Virus record (IMG/VR): IMGVR_UViG_3300045988_033415
Span: 1-62,366 of that record
Direction: 5' to 3' (one strand)
Length of the DNA: 62,366 bases
Source of the DNA: a virus
Shown: positions 18,885 to 28,452 of the stretch, piece after piece
How the letters are laid out: each line of letters opens with the position of its first letter
How positions within the stretch are numbered: position 1 is the stretch's first letter
Notes under the pieces: generated by a model
Seen by the model: only the letters and a program-made list of their open reading frames with translations
Told to the model about the DNA's origin: nothing
The model's database searches: none
Made by a program: the position numbers and the translations under genes

Positions 18885-19220
18885 ATGAAGAAATCTGAAC
18901 CAAAAATGATTTTAAATATGTCTCTCAATAGCGAGGAAATTGAAGAAAAGGTCAAGATTGCTATGGACGAATATGCAGAGAAAGTTATTTATAAAAATCT
19001 TGATGAAGAAATTACAAAAATCGTTGACAGAAGAATTGAAAGGCTTGTATCTGCTTCGAGTTGGGGTAGTGACAGGAAAATACAAGGTGTTTCTTTTGAG
19101 CAGTTCGTGAAAGATAGGACTGAAAAAACTATCGGCGATTTTGTAGAAAAGAATATCAAAGAAATTCTTGCTAAGAGATTTGCTGAAATTATGACAGATA
19201 GGAGTTTTGACAATAATTAA
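18885..19220 (+). CDS. Hypothetical protein
   Basis: ORF track; RBS GAAAGGAAA before ATG 18885. Confidence 0.65.
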   Translation: MKKSEPKMILNMSLNSEEIEEKVKIAMDEYAEKVIYKNLDEEITKIVDRRIERLVSASSWGSDRKIQGVSFEQFVKDRTEKTIGDFVEKNIKEILAKRFAEIMTDRSFDNN

Positions 19221-19241
19221 AGATAGAAAGGAGAGAACAGT

Positions 19242-19904
19242 ATGAGTCATAGCAGTTTGTTTGGAATTAAAGAAAATTATACAGGAGAAATTATTTGTGA
19301 TTTTAAAAATTCATGGCTATTCTCGCCTGTAGTTATGGGGATTCTTCCGGATAAATATATCCCCGAGTTTATTACAACACCCTTTGGCTTTAAGAAAAGC
19401 ATTATATCAGACATAACAGGAGAGGTATATAAGCGAACAAATCACGAGGTAAATATCTGCAAGAATACAGCAGATAGAATTTGTTGGGAACTTGCAAATC
19501 AGCAGATATTCTTCACAAAAGACAAACAGATTGTTTCTGACAGCATCAGAAAATTTGTTAAACAGAATACGGATTACGATAAATCGGACGAGGATGGATT
19601 GTCTACTCTTGAAAGAGAACATATTGTTGAAAGGTTTAATGAGATTGCGGACAGCATTTTAGAACTTGACGAAAACAAATATCCATTCTTTGTGTTTAAA
19701 AACACGAGCTGTGATGATGGAGTGGAAAGATGGTTTGAACAATATGACGATAAGTGTGGCGAATATGTAGAGTGCTCCATGAAAGATAATACAGACAATT
19801 TCTATGCGGAATTTGTAGTTATCGAAAATGGAGAAATTGTAAAGTTTATTACAAACAGAGATTTTGAATATCAAGGCGGAAAGGAGCAGGAATGGAGAGA
19901 TTAA
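19242..19904 (+). CDS. Hypothetical protein
   Basis: ORF track; RBS AAGGAGAG. Confidence 0.7.
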   Translation: MSHSSLFGIKENYTGEIICDFKNSWLFSPVVMGILPDKYIPEFITTPFGFKKSIISDITGEVYKRTNHEVNICKNTADRICWELANQQIFFTKDKQIVSDSIRKFVKQNTDYDKSDEDGLSTLEREHIVERFNEIADSILELDENKYPFFVFKNTSCDDGVERWFEQYDDKCGEYVECSMKDNTDNFYAEFVVIENGEIVKFITNRDFEYQGGKEQEWRD

Positions 19905-20476
19905 CACGGACGAGTGATTCTGGTGAAGCTGCGTTTACATTTAACTTATACATAAATTGCATGCCAAGCGAAGCAGAGAAAATCCTTAATGTGGCAACAA
20001 AGTTAAAAGAATATGAGGACTTAGAGGAACGGCTTAATAAGGTGTATGGAGAGTGTGACGGATTACTGTTGAGAGTGGTAGAAATGCTTGAGAAGCACCC
20101 ATGCATTGATATGGCAAGCAACACATTGAAGTCACGGCTTCTTACTGATGGAGATGTCGACAAATGGGAGGAATACAAGCAGTTAGAGGAACAGGGCAGA
20201 CTTATCAAATTCCTTTGTAGGGTGGGAGATATGCTTTATTATCCAGACAAGGAATTTAACATAATTATCCCTGTGAGACTAACTGAAATTGTTATAAAGT
20301 TCAACGGTCTTGATACAAGTTCTTGTCAGTATAATTGCAGTGGTTTTGACGAATGTGGAGATGTTTATGAAGAATATGAATTTGACACAAACGACTTTGG
20401 AAAGAGTGTATTCCTCACGAAACCCGAAGCCGAAGCAAAACTGAAAGAATTGAGAGGTAATGATAATGGCAAATAG
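19892..20476 (+). CDS. Hypothetical protein
   Basis: ORF track; overlaps neighbours. Confidence 0.7.
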   Translation: MERLTRTSDSGEAAFTFNLYINCMPSEAEKILNVATKLKEYEDLEERLNKVYGECDGLLLRVVEMLEKHPCIDMASNTLKSRLLTDGDVDKWEEYKQLEEQGRLIKFLCRVGDMLYYPDKEFNIIIPVRLTEIVIKFNGLDTSSCQYNCSGFDECGDVYEEYEFDTNDFGKSVFLTKPEAEAKLKELRGNDNGK

Positions 20477-20891
20477 AGCATTGTTACATATAAACAAATT
20501 AAAAGATTTTGAAAAATGGCTTGAAAAACAGGGATATATGATTTTGCCAACATCTAAAAATCCATATGAAGTTTTAAGAGCAAAAAAAGATAAAGATACA
20601 GTAATTATCTATCAAAAAGGTGACAGCAAAGAGCATTTATCAATTATGGATAAAGATTATCCTTTGATACACAAGTTTATAACAGAAAGCAAGTCAAAGA
20701 CCAATGCCGACAGGATAAGGAATATGTCGGATGAAGAGTTAGTAAAGTTTATTCAGAAAATGGAATACACTTGCTTTGTAAATTTTATAGGATGTGCAAA
20801 TAAAGACTGCGGGCAAGGTAAAATTTCTTGTAGAGATTGCCGAGCAAAAGCACCAACAATACTTGAATGGCTTCAATCAGAAGCGGAATAG
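20460..20891 (+). CDS. Hypothetical protein
   Basis: ORF track. Confidence 0.7.
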   Translation: MIMANRALLHINKLKDFEKWLEKQGYMILPTSKNPYEVLRAKKDKDTVIIYQKGDSKEHLSIMDKDYPLIHKFITESKSKTNADRIRNMSDEELVKFIQKMEYTCFVNFIGCANKDCGQGKISCRDCRAKAPTILEWLQSEAE

Positions 20892-20899
20892 GAGAGAAT

Positions 20900-20986
20900 A
20901 TGGAAGATAGATATTTGTACAAGGCAAAGAGGATTGACGATGGAGAATGGGTTGTAGGACATTATGTAAAAGGTTTAAAGAATTAG
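20900..20986 (+). pseudogene. Truncated YopX-like N-terminal fragment (28 aa: MEDRYLYKAKRIDDGEWVVGHYVKGLKN)
   Basis: Hand translation; N-terminus resembles YopX-family starts (RYLFRAKRIDNGEWV, recollection) but stops after 28 codons. Confidence 0.3.
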
Positions 20987-21006
20987 TAGAAAGTGAGGAA
21001 AAGTAG

Positions 21007-21444
21007 ATGAACAAGGTTATTTTAATGGGCAGATTGACCCGTGACCCGGAGATAAGGGTAAGTGTAGCAACAAATATTACAACCGCAAAATTCACACTTG
21101 CGGTTGACAGAAAATATAAGAAGGAGGGTGAACAGCAGACAGCGGATTTCATAAACTGTACGGCATTCGGCAAAACCGCAGAAAGCATTGGACGATATCT
21201 TCATCAAGGAACTAAGATTGCGGTTGTCGGACGTATTCAGACTGGAAGCTACACTAATAAGGACGGCAATAAGGTGTACACCACAGACATTGTTGTTGAG
21301 GAATACGAGTTTGCGGAGAGTAAGAACGCTAACGGCAGCAGCCCAAGCCAGCCGGCTTCAAATATGTCTGCCCCGGCAATGGCAAGTGACGGCTTCATGA
21401 ATTTGCCATTGGGTGTAGAAGATACAGGTTTACCGTTCAACTAA
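21007..21444 (+). CDS. ssb: Single-stranded DNA-binding protein
   Basis: MNKVILMGRLTRDPE...OB-fold pattern and acidic C-terminal tail ending DTGLPFN. Confidence 0.95.
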   Translation: MNKVILMGRLTRDPEIRVSVATNITTAKFTLAVDRKYKKEGEQQTADFINCTAFGKTAESIGRYLHQGTKIAVVGRIQTGSYTNKDGNKVYTTDIVVEEYEFAESKNANGSSPSQPASNMSAPAMASDGFMNLPLGVEDTGLPFN

Positions 21445-21458
21445 GGAGATGGGACAGC

Positions 21459-21638
21459 ATGGCGAAACAAAAGAAATGTAGCACATGTAAATACAGTTGC
21501 CGCATAAGCTTTGAGGGCGGTGATAGGTTCTGCCAGTACATATTGATAACCGGACACAGAAGACCGTGTCCGGGAGGTGATGAATGTACGGTGTATGAGA
21601 AGAGCAAGCGGCTAAAGGAATATAATTTTGGCGATTAA
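21459..21638 (+). CDS. Cys-rich small protein, 59 aa (below track cutoff)
   Basis: Hand translation MAKQKKCSTCKYSCRISFEGGDRFCQYILITGHRRPCPGGDECTVYEKSKRLKEYNFGD; RBS AAGGAGATGGG. Confidence 0.6.
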   Translation: MAKQKKCSTCKYSCRISFEGGDRFCQYILITGHRRPCPGGDECTVYEKSKRLKEYNFGD

Positions 21639-21654
21639 ACTAGGAGGAGATAAT

Positions 21655-21849
21655 TTGGACATTCGGGAAGCGATTGAAATTCTTCGTGATGAACAAAAGC
21701 TGTTAATAAATGTGATAGCGGTATACAACAGCGATTACTTAGGATTGAGTGAAGCAAAGAAAAGAGAGCTTACAATGATAAACAAAAAAAGAATTGAAGC
21801 TATTAACATGGCAATTGAAGCACTGGGAGGTAGAGAAGATGAAGTCTAA
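21655..21849 (+). CDS. Hypothetical protein (start moved to TTG 21655 after AGGAGGAG; track start TTG 21628)
   Basis: ORF track frame; stronger RBS at 21642-21649. Confidence 0.55.
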   Translation: MDIREAIEILRDEQKLLINVIAVYNSDYLGLSEAKKRELTMINKKRIEAINMAIEALGGREDEV

Positions 21850-21967
21850 GAATGGTAGCATGAGTGCATTTATCTACGGCAAGCCAACAGGTGGCAGCAG
21901 ATATGTAGGGAGCAAAAAGAAGCGTAAGACTACAAGAATTAACAAGAGTAAGAAGGTGGTTTCATGA
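21839..21967 (+). CDS. Small basic protein, 42 aa
   Basis: Hand translation MKSKNGSMSAFIYGKPTGGSRYVGSKKKRKTTRINKSKKVVS; RBS GGAGG; ATGA overlap with next gene. Confidence 0.45.
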   Translation: MKSKNGSMSAFIYGKPTGGSRYVGSKKKRKTTRINKSKKVVS

Positions 21968-22272
21968 ATGAACAAGAAGCGATGGAAACATTGGAAAGAT
22001 TATTTTCGGATTCAACTAATGAGGATTATCCTTTTACGGAATGTTTTGCAGAGGCTTTAACTATTGTGCTACAGGCACTTGAAAAGCAGATACCAATAAA
22101 ACCCGTGAGAAAGTTAAGAAGTGGAATGGGATGGGAGTATAAGGACTACTATTGCTCTTGTGGAAGATTCATAGGACCTGAACCGCACATAAAATCAATA
22201 TTAGAAAAGGGCGAAATACCTGCGAAATATTGCGATGATTGCGGACAAAGATTAGATTTTGAGGAAGTGTAG
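21964..22272 (+). CDS. Hypothetical protein with C-terminal zinc-ribbon (CSCG...CDDCG)
   Basis: ORF track. Confidence 0.65.
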   Translation: MNEQEAMETLERLFSDSTNEDYPFTECFAEALTIVLQALEKQIPIKPVRKLRSGMGWEYKDYYCSCGRFIGPEPHIKSILEKGEIPAKYCDDCGQRLDFEEV

Positions 22273-22441
22273 AAATATGGAATTTGTAAACTTTTTATAC
22301 ACAAAAAATCGTGTTCCTAATGTTCCTATTGATGTTTAAGAAATTGCAAATATTCAACAGGCATTACAAACAACGCTTACGAATTTGGAGCGTGTGATGC
22401 TTTAAATGATGCGATTAAAATTATAAAGGCAGGTGCGACAA

Positions 22442-22633
22442 ATGAAAGCTAGACCTAGAAACGGAGTTATGTATATGTTCGGCGGCACGCTATATCCGTG
22501 CTATATTCATTGCTATCCGCAGCAGAAATGGGATTATGTCTATAAGGGCGATAAAGTTGAACTTAGGTACAAGAACATGACTATAACAATAACAACGGAC
22601 GATTTTAAGGAACATTGGTTGGAGGTAAATTAA
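22442..22633 (+). CDS. Hypothetical protein
   Basis: ORF track frame; ATG 22442. Confidence 0.55.
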   Translation: MKARPRNGVMYMFGGTLYPCYIHCYPQQKWDYVYKGDKVELRYKNMTITITTDDFKEHWLEVN

Positions 22634-22672
22634 ATTAAATGAAAAAATAGAATTTGATTGGAGCGATGAGCC

Positions 22673-22933
22673 ATGAATATAACGCAGACAAGGGTTAAGC
22701 AGTACAACAGCACATATAAGACGGTGATTTCTGTTGACGGAGTACCGGTTTGCATCACGCAGGGCAACAAGAAAGCAAGTGATATTGTTTCTTATTTATC
22801 AGGCTACGAAGTTGAGATATATGATGGCAAATTAAAACGGCAACTGGACAAAATCAAAAGTAAAAATGGTTGGGATATTAAAAAAATACTAACTACCCCA
22901 ACACAAATAAAGAATCGAGGTGGTAAAAAGTGA
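22673..22933 (+). CDS. Hypothetical protein
   Basis: ORF track. Confidence 0.65.
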   Translation: MNITQTRVKQYNSTYKTVISVDGVPVCITQGNKKASDIVSYLSGYEVEIYDGKLKRQLDKIKSKNGWDIKKILTTPTQIKNRGGKK

Positions 22934-23457
22934 TACTTCTTGAAGATACAAGAAATCAAGTTGGCAAACACGATAAGAAAAATGAATATTTTTATAAAAA
23001 CGGAATTGAGGTTCGCAGAACTAAATTATACTGTGGAGATTATACATTGCCGACAAACCAGAGCGTGTGTATTGACACAAAAAAGGACATACAGGAGCTT
23101 ATAGGAGATATATGTGGGAAATCGCACGAAAGGTTCAGAAATGAGCTTATAAGGGCACAGAAAAGCAATATAAAGCTAATCATTCTTACTGAAGATGATG
23201 GATGTTATTGCGACCGTAAAAAAACAATATACAACAAGCCTGTGACTTGCATAAATGACTTGTTCAGTTGGAAAAATCCGAGATTATTTATATGGCAAGG
23301 TGGAAAACAGAAATATCCAAAAGCTACAAAAGGACAGACATTGGCAAAGTGCTTGCTTACATTACAAGAAAAGTATGGCTGCGAATTTGCATTTACAACA
23401 AAGAAAAATAGTGGTTCGGAAATTTTAAAGCTTTTAAGTGTCGCAGAAGCAGTATGA
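22930..23457 (+). CDS. ERCC4-type nuclease (putative Holliday junction resolvase)
   Basis: YCGDYTL...VCIDTKKDIQELIGDI...ERFRNEL resembles GDY / ERK-x3-D ERCC4 motifs. Confidence 0.6.
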   Translation: MILLEDTRNQVGKHDKKNEYFYKNGIEVRRTKLYCGDYTLPTNQSVCIDTKKDIQELIGDICGKSHERFRNELIRAQKSNIKLIILTEDDGCYCDRKKTIYNKPVTCINDLFSWKNPRLFIWQGGKQKYPKATKGQTLAKCLLTLQEKYGCEFAFTTKKNSGSEILKLLSVAEAV

Positions 23458-23477
23458 GAAATTTATGTCTCTTATGA

Positions 23478-23927
23478 ATGGTGGTGAATATGATGGAAAT
23501 TAGACCAATAACCTTTTCGAGTGCCTGTGATTTTATCAATAAAAACCACAGGCACCATAAGGCAACGGTTGGGTGCAAATTTTGTATTAGTTTATATGAT
23601 AATGAAAAACTTGTTGGGGTTGCTGTATGTGGCAGACCTGTTTCAAGAAAATTAGACAATGGAATCACTTGTGAAATCAATAGGCTGTGTACAGACGGAA
23701 CATATAATGCTTGTTCAATGCTATATGGAGCTTGCTGTAGAGTGGCAAAAGAAATGGGTTATAAGAAGATAATTACATATATTCTTGAATCCGAAAATGG
23801 CGCAAGCCTTAAAGCGAGTAATTTTCGGTGTGATGGAGTTGCAGGAGGTACGCATTGGACTGGAGAAAGAAATAAAGATCAGGATATACCAAGAGAAATG
23901 AAAACAAGATGGAGCAGAGAGTTATGA
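23478..23927 (+). CDS. GNAT-fold, XF1762-like phage protein (function unknown)
   Basis: NKNHRHHKATVGCKFCISLYDNEKLVGVAVCGRPVSRKLDNGITCEINRLCTDGTYNACSMLYGA...GYKKIITYILESENGASLKASNF pattern (recollection of family). Confidence 0.5.
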   Translation: MVVNMMEIRPITFSSACDFINKNHRHHKATVGCKFCISLYDNEKLVGVAVCGRPVSRKLDNGITCEINRLCTDGTYNACSMLYGACCRVAKEMGYKKIITYILESENGASLKASNFRCDGVAGGTHWTGERNKDQDIPREMKTRWSREL

Positions 23928-23963
23928 GAAGTTTATGAATTTATTGAAGGCAGGTGAAGAGTA

Positions 23964-24248
23964 ATGGGTGTAATTGCAGACAAATTAAAGGATTTGCAGA
24001 AAACATACAAAGAAAACAACTATGCAGAATACGACCAAATACTTGATTTTGCCATTGAAATTGCAGATAGTGAAGAAAACAAGCAGTGTGAATGGTATGT
24101 TAATCATACACCCATGGGGTTTCCATTTTTTACTACAGAGTGCGGAAAAATGAGACTTAGTTGTGCAACAGGCATTGATATTTACTGCAATGCTTGTGGC
24201 AGGAAAATCAAGATTGTTGATGATAAGAAAGTTGGTGAAAGTGAATGA
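23964..24248 (+). CDS. Hypothetical protein with C-terminal CxxC
   Basis: ORF track. Confidence 0.65.
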   Translation: MGVIADKLKDLQKTYKENNYAEYDQILDFAIEIADSEENKQCEWYVNHTPMGFPFFTTECGKMRLSCATGIDIYCNACGRKIKIVDDKKVGESE

Positions 24249-24613
24249 GCGGAATTAAAGGCTATACAGTGGAAGAAGTCGCACGAATTGCAAAGGAAAA
24301 ACTTATTAGCGATTATGAATTTTGCAAGGGCAATTTAGCTAAAATCAGACAGCGGGAAAAAGAAATCGCAGATATAAGGCTTGATTACAATTCAAAGATA
24401 GCAAGGTACAGGATAGAAAGCGTAGACAGAGTTCTTGACTTCATAAGAAGTGAATACAAGGCAGGGAGAGTTTGTGACCTTGAAGTATTATTATGTCACT
24501 GCCAAAACAAACTGAACGGCAATATTGACGGAATAGAATTAGACCTTGACGAGCATTTAAGAGGAGTTCCTTTTAAGAAAGTAGGTGAGAACGATGCTAA
24601 TTCCGAAAGTTAA
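24245..24613 (+). CDS. Hypothetical protein
   Basis: ORF track. Confidence 0.65.
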   Translation: MSGIKGYTVEEVARIAKEKLISDYEFCKGNLAKIRQREKEIADIRLDYNSKIARYRIESVDRVLDFIRSEYKAGRVCDLEVLLCHCQNKLNGNIDGIELDLDEHLRGVPFKKVGENDANSES

Positions 24614-24887
24614 AGCCGAAGAGTTTGAAAAATTCGGATTCAAGAAATGTAAGGGCGAATATGGTAAGCAGGGTTGCTACTATCTTTGCATTTCAAAGGG
24701 GTGCAAAATGCTTTTTGTGAGCAATGTATTTTTTGGTGTTAATGATTGGAGAGATAATGACCCAAGAATACACAAGGACGCAAATTGCAGATACAGAGAC
24801 CGCAGGACATATCTTGATATTATTTATGAACTTATTAAGGCAGATATGCTTGTAAGTGATTGTTTGAAAGAAGGTAGGAGCGAATGA
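24594..24887 (+). CDS. Hypothetical protein
   Basis: ORF track frame; RBS AGGTGAG before ATG 24594. Confidence 0.6.
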   Translation: MLIPKVKAEEFEKFGFKKCKGEYGKQGCYYLCISKGCKMLFVSNVFFGVNDWRDNDPRIHKDANCRYRDRRTYLDIIYELIKADMLVSDCLKEGRSE

Positions 24888-25189
24888 GTGGTGGAAGTTG
24901 GAACTATTTATATGCAGAAGAGATTGGCGACCTCATGCAGTACAGGGACATTGAATTGCTGGAAAAAATGGCTGATTATCTCAACCAAAACGGATATGAA
25001 GATGTGGCAAAAGATACAAGGCGGTTAGTTGAATATATCAAATCAGCTAAAATAAGAGTGGAAACGCTCTTTGAAATGTTAAGTCCTGTTTTCAAAGCTG
25101 TTGAATGGTGCTGTAGTGGGGATTGGGGCAAAGATAGAGTTGGCAAGGCAATAGAAGAATATAGGAATGGAAAAGGTGATTCAGAGTGA
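24884..25189 (+). CDS. Hypothetical protein
   Basis: ORF track. Confidence 0.65.
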   Translation: MSGGSWNYLYAEEIGDLMQYRDIELLEKMADYLNQNGYEDVAKDTRRLVEYIKSAKIRVETLFEMLSPVFKAVEWCCSGDWGKDRVGKAIEEYRNGKGDSE

Positions 25190-25416
25190 GTAAAGCATAC
25201 AGATGTGATGTTTGTGGCAAATTTTGTAGCGATTGTTATGAAATAAATGGTTTTGATATTTACACTGATGATTACGCAAAAAGAGGCTATTCAAATGTTG
25301 ATAAAAAGACAGTGATAAATGAAATATGTAGTGATTGCTATAACGATATTAAGACCTACATTCATGATAAGGTATTTGAAGCAGCTAAAAAGCGTATAAA
25401 AAATTCAATTAACTAG
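25186..25416 (+). CDS. Hypothetical zinc-ribbon protein
   Basis: ORF track; CDVCGK...CSDC. Confidence 0.65.
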   Translation: MSKAYRCDVCGKFCSDCYEINGFDIYTDDYAKRGYSNVDKKTVINEICSDCYNDIKTYIHDKVFEAAKKRIKNSIN

Positions 25417-25478
25417 AAATCAAAGAAAGGAATAGGTTGTGCGCACATAAAACCGAGGTTTCCTTTTGGTAGATTTGA

Positions 25479-26332
25479 ATGTATAAGAAAAAAGTTAAAT
25501 GCGAGATATATCGTGATTCTATGCAGAATTACAAGAAATATGCAATACCGCCAGCACAGCTTATTATTGCTGATGTTCCTTACAATGTAGGAACTAACTT
25601 CTATGGAAGTAACCCTATGTGGTATAACGGTGGCGATAACAAGAATGGCGAGAGCAAACTTGCGAAAAGGCGGCTTTCAATTCAGATTTTAACTTTAATT
25701 TGTATGAATACTTCCATTTTTGTTCAAAGATGTTGAAGAAAGAGGACACAAAGCCTATCGCAAGGGGCAGAAGTAGCAATAGCCCTTGTATGATTGTATT
25801 TTGTTCATTTGAACAGTTATCAACATTGATTGCCGCCGCAAAGAAACACGGATTCGTTAATTACATACCGCTTGTATTCTGTAAAAATTACAGTCCACAG
25901 GTGCTTAAAGCTAATATGCGTATCGTTGGTGCTACGGAATATGCACTCGTGCTGTATCGAAATAAGTTACCGAAATTCAGAAACGGCTTGCAGATTGATG
26001 AAAACGGAAAGAATATCAGGGGTACAGGACACATGATTTTCAATTGGTTCACTTGGGAGAAAGACGGAAAAGATATACCAAAAATTCATCCAGCACAAAA
26101 GCCTGTTACAGTTCTTAAAAAGCTGATTGAGATTTTTACAGACGAGGGAGATGTTGTTATTGACCCTTGTTGCGGTAGCGGTAGCACGCTAAGAGCCGCC
26201 GCAGAACTTGGCAGAAGTGCATACGGATTCGAGATTGACAGAAACTTTTACGAGCGTGCAAAGAATGAAATGCTTGTATTTGAAAAGGACAGTCAAATGA
26301 ATATAAGTGATTTTATAGGAGATACAGTATGA
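25479..26332 (+). pseudogene. Beta-class N6/N4 DNA methyltransferase split by a -1 frameshift at GCGAAAAGG (A4 at 25665-25668)
   Basis: Frame A carries IIADVPYN (motif IV); frame B carries VIDPCCGSGST (motif I) and HPAQKP; frame B is open back through the A4 run giving ...ESKLAK|KAAFNSDF... Confidence 0.8.
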
Positions 26333-26589
26333 CACAGGATGGACAGTTTGAATTAACCGACTTTTTGAGCAAGAAGATTGAGAGTAAATCTGTTATGGAT
26401 TTGACAACTTGGATAAATAGTCAAGGCAAAGCACAGTATACGCAGATTGGCGAAGTTGTAAGAAATGCTTACAATTTAAACAAAGATAGTGGAGAACTTA
26501 TTGAAAGACTTACAAATGCTGTATCGGTGTATGTTCTTAATCAGTCTATGGGATATATGGATTATTTGCGCGCTGTATCAAAGGAATAA
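26329..26589 (+). CDS. Hypothetical protein
   Basis: ORF track. Confidence 0.65.
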   Translation: MTQDGQFELTDFLSKKIESKSVMDLTTWINSQGKAQYTQIGEVVRNAYNLNKDSGELIERLTNAVSVYVLNQSMGYMDYLRAVSKE

Positions 26590-26615
26590 AATCAAACGAA
26601 AAAGGAGATTAAGTG

Positions 26616-27113
26616 ATGGCAGACAAGCGAATGTTCAGTAAAAAGTTAATAGATTCGGATGCGTTCCTTGATATGCCAATATCGGCGCAGGGTTTGTTCT
26701 TCCACTTGTGCATGAGAGCAGATGATGACGGCTTCGTGGATGCACCTAAGAGGATTGCGAGGGAATGTCAAGCGTCAAGTGAGGACTTGCAGATGTTAAT
26801 TGACAAGCGGTATATTTTGACGTTCCCTAACTCTAATGTCATTGTAATTAAGCATTGGCGGCTACATAACACCATTCCTAAAGACAGATATAAGCCTACG
26901 CTGTACACGGAGGAAAAATCGCAGATAGGTGTTAAGCCTAACGGAGCCTACACGGATGACCCGGCTAAGATGGCGAGTATGAGTACAACTCAGCACGTAA
27001 CACCTAAGACAAAGAACTCATTTAACCGCTGTTCGCAGAGACAGTACAGTAGTGAACAGTTTGAAGAACTTGAAAGGCAACTGACCCAGAAAGGAGCTAA
27101 AGATGGCGGCTAA
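26616..27113 (+). CDS. Phage replisome organizer N-terminal-domain protein
   Basis: KRMFSKKLIDSDAFLDMPISAQGLFFHLCMRADDDGFV pattern; RBS AAGGAGA. Confidence 0.7.
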   Translation: MADKRMFSKKLIDSDAFLDMPISAQGLFFHLCMRADDDGFVDAPKRIARECQASSEDLQMLIDKRYILTFPNSNVIVIKHWRLHNTIPKDRYKPTLYTEEKSQIGVKPNGAYTDDPAKMASMSTTQHVTPKTKNSFNRCSQRQYSSEQFEELERQLTQKGAKDGG

Positions 27114-27471
27114 TGAAATATATTATAAGCGCAAGGCGAACCACGAATGTACATACTGTGGAACAAAACTGCCAGATAATTACAAGCGTTCAAAGTGTGA
27201 GAATTGCTTGAAAGCTGATAGCGAAATGACTAAATACGCAAGAAAGATGGCGTTAAAGGCAGGATTATGTACAATATGCAAGACAAGGAAAGCGCGCCCC
27301 GGTAGGGTAACTTGCGAATTGTGCGGACGAAAGAAATCAGACGAGGGTCTGGCGCGGCGGAAGCGGCTCAAAGCACAAGGATTATGTGTCATGTGTGGGA
27401 AAGTACCGCACACGGAAAGCTCCTGCCTATGCGAGGAGTGCAAAATCAAATGGAGGGGGTATAACTATTGA
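27103..27471 (+). CDS. Cys-rich multi-zinc-ribbon protein
   Basis: Five CxxC pairs across 122 aa. Confidence 0.65.
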   Translation: MAANEIYYKRKANHECTYCGTKLPDNYKRSKCENCLKADSEMTKYARKMALKAGLCTICKTRKARPGRVTCELCGRKKSDEGLARRKRLKAQGLCVMCGKVPHTESSCLCEECKIKWRGYNY

Positions 27472-27638
27472 TGGCAACGACAATAGCTTTTTTGGCTGGA
27501 ACGATATTATCAGCTATGGCAACATTTCTGATAGTGGGAGCAAGCAAAAATAATGCAATCATTGAAGCATACGAAGAGGGCTACAGAGATGGGCTAAATG
27601 TAGCCGGAAACGGAGTGAAATATGACGAGGTTCGCTGA
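27471..27638 (+). CDS. Small membrane protein, 55 aa (below track cutoff)
   Basis: Hand translation MATTIAFLAGTILSAMATFLIVGASKNN...; one TM segment. Confidence 0.5.
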   Translation: MATTIAFLAGTILSAMATFLIVGASKNNAIIEAYEEGYRDGLNVAGNGVKYDEVR

Positions 27639-27825
27639 CAATCTCCGGGTGCTCATGGCAAGGCAAAAGGTGTCGCAGTTTAAACTTGCCAGTGATTTGG
27701 GCTTGTCCCAGGCACAGGTGAGCAAGTATTTATGCCGCAAGGCATACCCTAGACCACATACGTTAGATAAGATAGCAACCTACTTTAATGTGAGTACTGA
27801 TGAACTGGAATGCGAAAGAATGTGA
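27622..27825 (+). CDS. XRE-family HTH protein
   Basis: FADNLRVLMARQKVSQFKLASDLGLSQAQVSKYL. Confidence 0.75.
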   Translation: MTRFADNLRVLMARQKVSQFKLASDLGLSQAQVSKYLCRKAYPRPHTLDKIATYFNVSTDELECERM

Positions 27826-27838
27826 GGAGTGACAGACA

Positions 27839-28231
27839 ATGGCTAAGAGCGACAAGAAGATACATGAATATAGAATGTCGGGTGCGGCGTGGATATTAGA
27901 TATCGCGCAGCGATACGGCATTGATGAAGCAGTTAAGGAGTTGAAGCAGAGGAACGCCGAGTTTATTCCGCTTGAAGTATCGCACGAAGAATTAGAAGCG
28001 TGCACCAAGCGGATAAAGAACAATATTGTTGATTCTATATGCCTGTTATCAGCAGTCACGCTCCGAGATGAGTTCGACTTCGGGCGTTCAAGATTAAACC
28101 GATTTATAGATAGGTTTAATACCAAGGCAGAATGCCTTGCTGATGACGATGTGAGTTGGGCGGACATGAGACAGACCATGCGTGAAGAGTGCGGCTTGGA
28201 CTTTAACTGGCGAAGGGAAGAGGGAGAATAG
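27839..28231 (+). CDS. Hypothetical protein
   Basis: ORF track. Confidence 0.7.
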   Translation: MAKSDKKIHEYRMSGAAWILDIAQRYGIDEAVKELKQRNAEFIPLEVSHEELEACTKRIKNNIVDSICLLSAVTLRDEFDFGRSRLNRFIDRFNTKAECLADDDVSWADMRQTMREECGLDFNWRREEGE

Positions 28232-28246
28232 GAGGAATAACGGCTT

Positions 28247-28450
28247 ATGAAGCTGTCAAAGCTGACTAAGCCAGAGCTTGAACATATTAGCAGCAACGCC
28301 AATTTTACAGAGGAAGAGCTAGAAGTGTTTAAACTTCTAGCTAAAGGGAAAACTATTACAGAGATTGCTCAACAAATATCCGTGTGCAATAGAACTGTGA
28401 ATAGAAGAATAAGCAAAATAATGTCAAAAATCAGCAGATTGGAGGGGTAA
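28247..28450 (+). CDS. Sigma-70 region-4/LuxR-type HTH regulator (candidate late-gene activator)
   Basis: EELEVFKLLAKGKTITEIAQQISVCNRTVNRRISKIMSKI. Confidence 0.6.
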   Translation: MKLSKLTKPELEHISSNANFTEEELEVFKLLAKGKTITEIAQQISVCNRTVNRRISKIMSKISRLEG

Positions 28451-28452
28451 TC

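Noticed and set aside
22277-22470. Short frames between 21964..22272 and 22442..22633. MEFVNFLYTKNRVPNVPIDV runs into an in-frame TAA and then EIANIQQALQTTLTNLERVML. Another frame reads NAYEFGACDALNDAIKIIKAGATNES.
   Set aside because: This looks like a decayed gene broken by a stop and a frameshift. I cannot reconstruct a convincing product or family, and there is no evidence for stop-codon read-through.
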